In this document: in pieces, positions 60,889-64,000 of the stretch
How the letters are laid out: every line of letters begins with the position of its first letter
How positions within the stretch are numbered: position 1 is the stretch's first letter
Assembly (NCBI GenBank): GCA_027339965.1
Contig: DAHWNL010000015.1
Span: 45,000 to 108,999 of the forward strand
Length of the DNA: 64,000 nucleotides
Direction of reading: 5' to 3'
Origin: Granulicella sp.
Lineage (GTDB): Bacteria > Acidobacteriota > Terriglobia > Terriglobales > Acidobacteriaceae
Notes under the pieces: model-generated
The model's input: the letters and a program-made list of their open reading frames with translations, nothing else
Told to the model about the DNA's origin: nothing
Database searches by the model: none
Made by a program: the position numbers and the translations under genes

Positions 60889-62165
60889 TCCCTTCCGACG
60901 GCAAAACCCGGAAATCCTCAGACGCTCCCCCAAAAACCGGAACTGCGCCGGCCCCGGCCTCTGACCCAAGCGTCTTCATGATGGACCTGCTGGCCATTGT
61001 GCCCTACTACACCGCGTATCTCTCCCGAGCGCTCCTCCGGGAGGGAACGAAGCTGACCGTCGGCTCCATCACCTACTATCTGGACCCGGACTGCTTCCGT
61101 TCGCTAGGCGTGCCGCTGTACCCCGGACCCCTGAACCTGGTGGGCAGGCTTCGCCTGCCGAAGCTTTCACGCCGCGTGCTCAAGCTGGTCGAAGTCTCGA
61201 TCAATCTTTGCGCGCTCACCCTCCGGTTTATTGCATCGCCTCCAGATGTCATCCATGTGCAGTTTTTGCCTCTGCTGCGTTCGCGGGCTCCGATGGATCT
61301 GTGGTTTGTCCGTTTCTTCCAGCGCCGGGGAACACAGATCGTTCTCACCGTGCACGACCTTTTGCCGCATGACACCGGAGAGCGCTACAAAAGCCTTTAC
61401 TTGAATCTCTACCGTCAGGTGGACGCGATCATCTGCCACTCCGATCATGTTGCGGGCAGGTTGGAGGATGAGTTCGGCGTGCCTGCATGCAAGATCAACG
61501 TGATCCCGCATGGCCCGTTCTTCTACGACATCGCGCCAACAGGTCCGGCAGAGATCCTTCAGCATCTCCCCATGGCGCCGGACCGGAGACTCTTTTTATT
61601 CCAGGGGATTCTCTCACCCTACAAGGGCGTGGATCTGCTGCTGAATGCGTGGCAAACGCTGGAACAGGCTTGCTCGGACGCATGGTTGGTGGTCGCGGGA
61701 ACCGGATCTCCGGAGCTTCTGGAGCAGATCCAGGAACAGGTGAAGCGGCTGGGCCTGCAACGCGTCCATCTGCACCCGCACTACATCTCCACCGAGGAGC
61801 TGGTGGCGCTCTACCGAGCGGCGGATGTAGTGGTGTACCCCTACCGCGCCGTGACCACCAGCGGCGCGCTGGCCACCGGCCTCGCCCTGGGCAAAGCGAT
61901 GGTCGCCAGCGATCTGAAGGTCTTTCGCGAGCTGCTGACGGACCAGGAGAACTCTCTCTTGGTGAACCCGGAGGATCGAGAGCGGCTTGCCGCGGCTTTA
62001 CTACTCCTGGCCAACCAGCCAGAGCTGCGTGCTGCCTTCTGCGCGCGCGTCCGGGAGATGCAGTACGGAGATAGAACCTGGCAGTCGATCGCAGTCCAGA
62101 CGCGCAACTTGTATAAGGACGTGTTGCGTCGGGCAGCGCCAGAGTCTACTTCGAGAGGGTGGTGA
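60885..62165 (+). CDS. Glycosyltransferase family 4
   Basis: 'TVHDLLPH', 'IPHG', 'PYKGVDLL', 'VVYPY..TTSGAL'. Confidence 0.88.
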   Translation: MIPSDGKTRKSSDAPPKTGTAPAPASDPSVFMMDLLAIVPYYTAYLSRALLREGTKLTVGSITYYLDPDCFRSLGVPLYPGPLNLVGRLRLPKLSRRVLKLVEVSINLCALTLRFIASPPDVIHVQFLPLLRSRAPMDLWFVRFFQRRGTQIVLTVHDLLPHDTGERYKSLYLNLYRQVDAIICHSDHVAGRLEDEFGVPACKINVIPHGPFFYDIAPTGPAEILQHLPMAPDRRLFLFQGILSPYKGVDLLLNAWQTLEQACSDAWLVVAGTGSPELLEQIQEQVKRLGLQRVHLHPHYISTEELVALYRAADVVVYPYRAVTTSGALATGLALGKAMVASDLKVFRELLTDQENSLLVNPEDRERLAAALLLLANQPELRAAFCARVREMQYGDRTWQSIAVQTRNLYKDVLRRAAPESTSRGW

Positions 62166-62187
62166 TGGAACTCTACACCCGCATGGC

Positions 62188-63425
62188 CAGGGCAATCGCA
62201 CTTCGAATTCGGCCGAACCACCTTTGCCACGGACCATGTTAGCTACTTACTTAGGGGGTTGTGAGGCATGAAGTTCCTTTCAGGGGGGATTTCACGTCGA
62301 GGCAAGAGACGCTGGATCAGTTGGGTGCCTGCTGGGAGGGTCTGGACGATCCGCGACGGCGCGGCCATGCCACGCTGCACGATCTTCATGAACTGCTGAT
62401 GATGGCGCTGTGCGCGGTGCTGTGCGGCGGCCAGGGCGCGGTCGATATAGCGGAATTCGCCGAGGCCAAGGAGCCTTTCTTGCGCAGCCTTCTCACGCTG
62501 ACCAACGGCTTGCCCAGCCATGACACCTTCAGCCGTCTGTTCCGCAATCTCGATCCGGATCAGTTTCACGATGCGTTTCAGCAGTTTATGGCGCAGTTTT
62601 CTGAGCAGTTGCAGGGTGTGGTGGCCATCGACGGCAAGGTGCTGCGCCGTTCGTTCGATCGGGCCAGCGGCAAGTCGGCGCTGCATAGGGTCTCGGCCTG
62701 GGGATCGGAGCAGCGGTTGGTACTGGCGCAAATCGCCACCGACGCCAAGTCCAACGAGATTACGGTGGTGCCGAAGTTGCTGCGGATGCTGGCGCTGAAG
62801 GGAACCATCGTGACCGCCGACGCGCTGAACTGCCAGCGCACCATCGCCGAGCAAATCGTCGAGCAGAACGGCGACTACGCGCTGGCGTTGAAGGGAAATC
62901 AGGGCACGCTGTTCGACGATGTGGTGCTGCTGCTCGACGACCCGGAGTTGAAAACAAGCACCGCAGCACCCGTTGTCGAGGCCGATCACGGCCGCATCGA
63001 GACCCCGCACGGCGACGGTTTCCACCGAGATCGGCTGGCTCCAGAAGCAGCACCAATGGCCGGGCCTGAAGGCCATCGGCAAAGTGGTTCGACGGCGCGA
63101 GACGGCGGACAAAACCACCACCGAAACCGCGTACTACCTGCACAGCCGGGCACTCGCGCCGGAGCGGTTCAACGAGGTCGTCCGCCAACACTGGGGCGTG
63201 GAAAACAGCTTGCACTGGCGATTGGACGTGGTGATGAACGAGGATCATCGGGATCGCACCCGCATGGGCCACGGGCCGCATCACCTGGCAGTGCTGCGTC
63301 ACATGGCCATCCATGCCATGCAGAAGGAGGGATCCAAGGGATCCTTGCGCGGCAAATTCAAACGCGCCGGCTGGAACGACTATCTATTCCGCCTTTTGGA
63401 GCTATTTTGAAATGCGATTGCCCTG
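62188..63425 (+). mobile_element. ISAs1-family insertion sequence (about 1.24 kb)
   Basis: Terminal IRs CAGGGCAATCGCACTTC / GAAATGCGATTGCCCTG enclosing an ISAs1-type transposase. Confidence 0.92.
62261..63410 (+). pseudogene. ISAs1 transposase, frameshifted at ~63003 (one extra C in GAGACCCCGC)
   Basis: 'PSHDTF', 'IDGK', 'KSNEI', 'LKGNQ', 'HGRIET' in one frame; 'HWGVENSLHWRLDV' in another. Confidence 0.88.
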
Positions 63426-63830
63426 GGCTGGGACGCCGGACCGGAATGCAGGACGGGACTGGGGCTGCGGCGTGGAGTTACGATCCGATGGGCAGGGTGA
63501 CAGCAACCTGCAAAACGCTCAACGGCGTAACGGAGCAGGCGAACTTCACCTACAACCTGGACGGAACCGTGAACACGCTGCAGGACTTCGGCGGAACAAC
63601 ACTGACGTACTCCTACACGCCGGCCGGGCTGCAGAGCGGGGTCAGCAGTTCCTCCGGAAGCAACTACGCCGCGTCGGGGACCTACGATGCGGTCGGCCAG
63701 CTTACCGGGTTGGCCCACCAGATCAGCTCAGGAAGCGCCGATATTCAGCGGATCCTCGGGTACAACAACCGGCTGCAGCCGAGCACGATTCAGGCGACCG
63801 CGAACGGGACCTACATCCAGAACCTCACCC
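63426..63830 (+). pseudogene. Internal fragment of an RHS/YD-repeat gene
   Basis: 'WSYDPMGRV', 'FTYNLDG', 'YSYTPAG', 'TYDAVGQL', 'YNNRLQP'; no start of its own, bounded by IS ends. Confidence 0.8.
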
Positions 63831-64000
63831 TAGAGCATCCTGCATAATGCTGTAGACGGCAGATGGCGACTCTTCCGCGACGCAAAGCGTATGGCTAAAG
63901 CCTACGAGGGGGAATATCGCCGCAATTTTCTTTCAGCTTATGAGCAGGGATACGGCACGCTGGAGGAATTGGCGGCGGAATTTCGCGTCAGTCTGGGGTG
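63831..64000 (+). mobile_element. Left end of a probable IS630-family element (transposase ATG at 63891, runs off window)
   Basis: Starts at (C)TAG where RHS similarity stops; HTH-like 'MAKAYEGEYRRNFLSAYEQGYGTLEELAAEFRVSLG'. Confidence 0.65.

Noticed and set aside
62261..63847. 528-aa transposase-RHS fusion ORF
   Set aside because: Artefact of the transposase frameshift reading through the IS end into the RHS fragment.

Overview
GC-rich bacterial chromosome segment. The gene content (VWA/TonB-receptor pair, DUF1800/DUF1501, PEP-CTERM, surface-protein styles) suggests Acidobacteriota, probably Acidobacteriaceae; this is an inference. The left two-thirds is mostly housekeeping and envelope genes: GT9, queC, moeA/moaC, ergothioneine egtB-egtD, a TonB receptor + VWA operon, an ECF sigma/LytTR module, tRNA-Ser(TGA), a PEP-CTERM gene with a sigma54/IHF promoter, galM, tsaE-nnr and ftsQ-ftsA-[OMP]-ftsZ. 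The best candidate for an undescribed system is a lipid-type biosynthetic cluster at about 43.5-54 kb: cytochrome P450, membrane desaturase, a single-chain fatty-acyl-AMP-ligase/carrier/terminal-reductase enzyme, a duplicated beta-barrel secreted protein and an MMPL exporter, with a radical SAM gene adjacent. Also notable are a ~110-bp structured repeat present twice, a 16-repeat YVTN/Ig surface protein whose last Ig domain appears split by a TM-TM-lipobox insert, and a right end where an EPS operon is cut by a frameshifted ISAs1, followed by an RHS fragment and the start of an IS630-like element. All family calls come from motif recognition by eye; no database searches were run.
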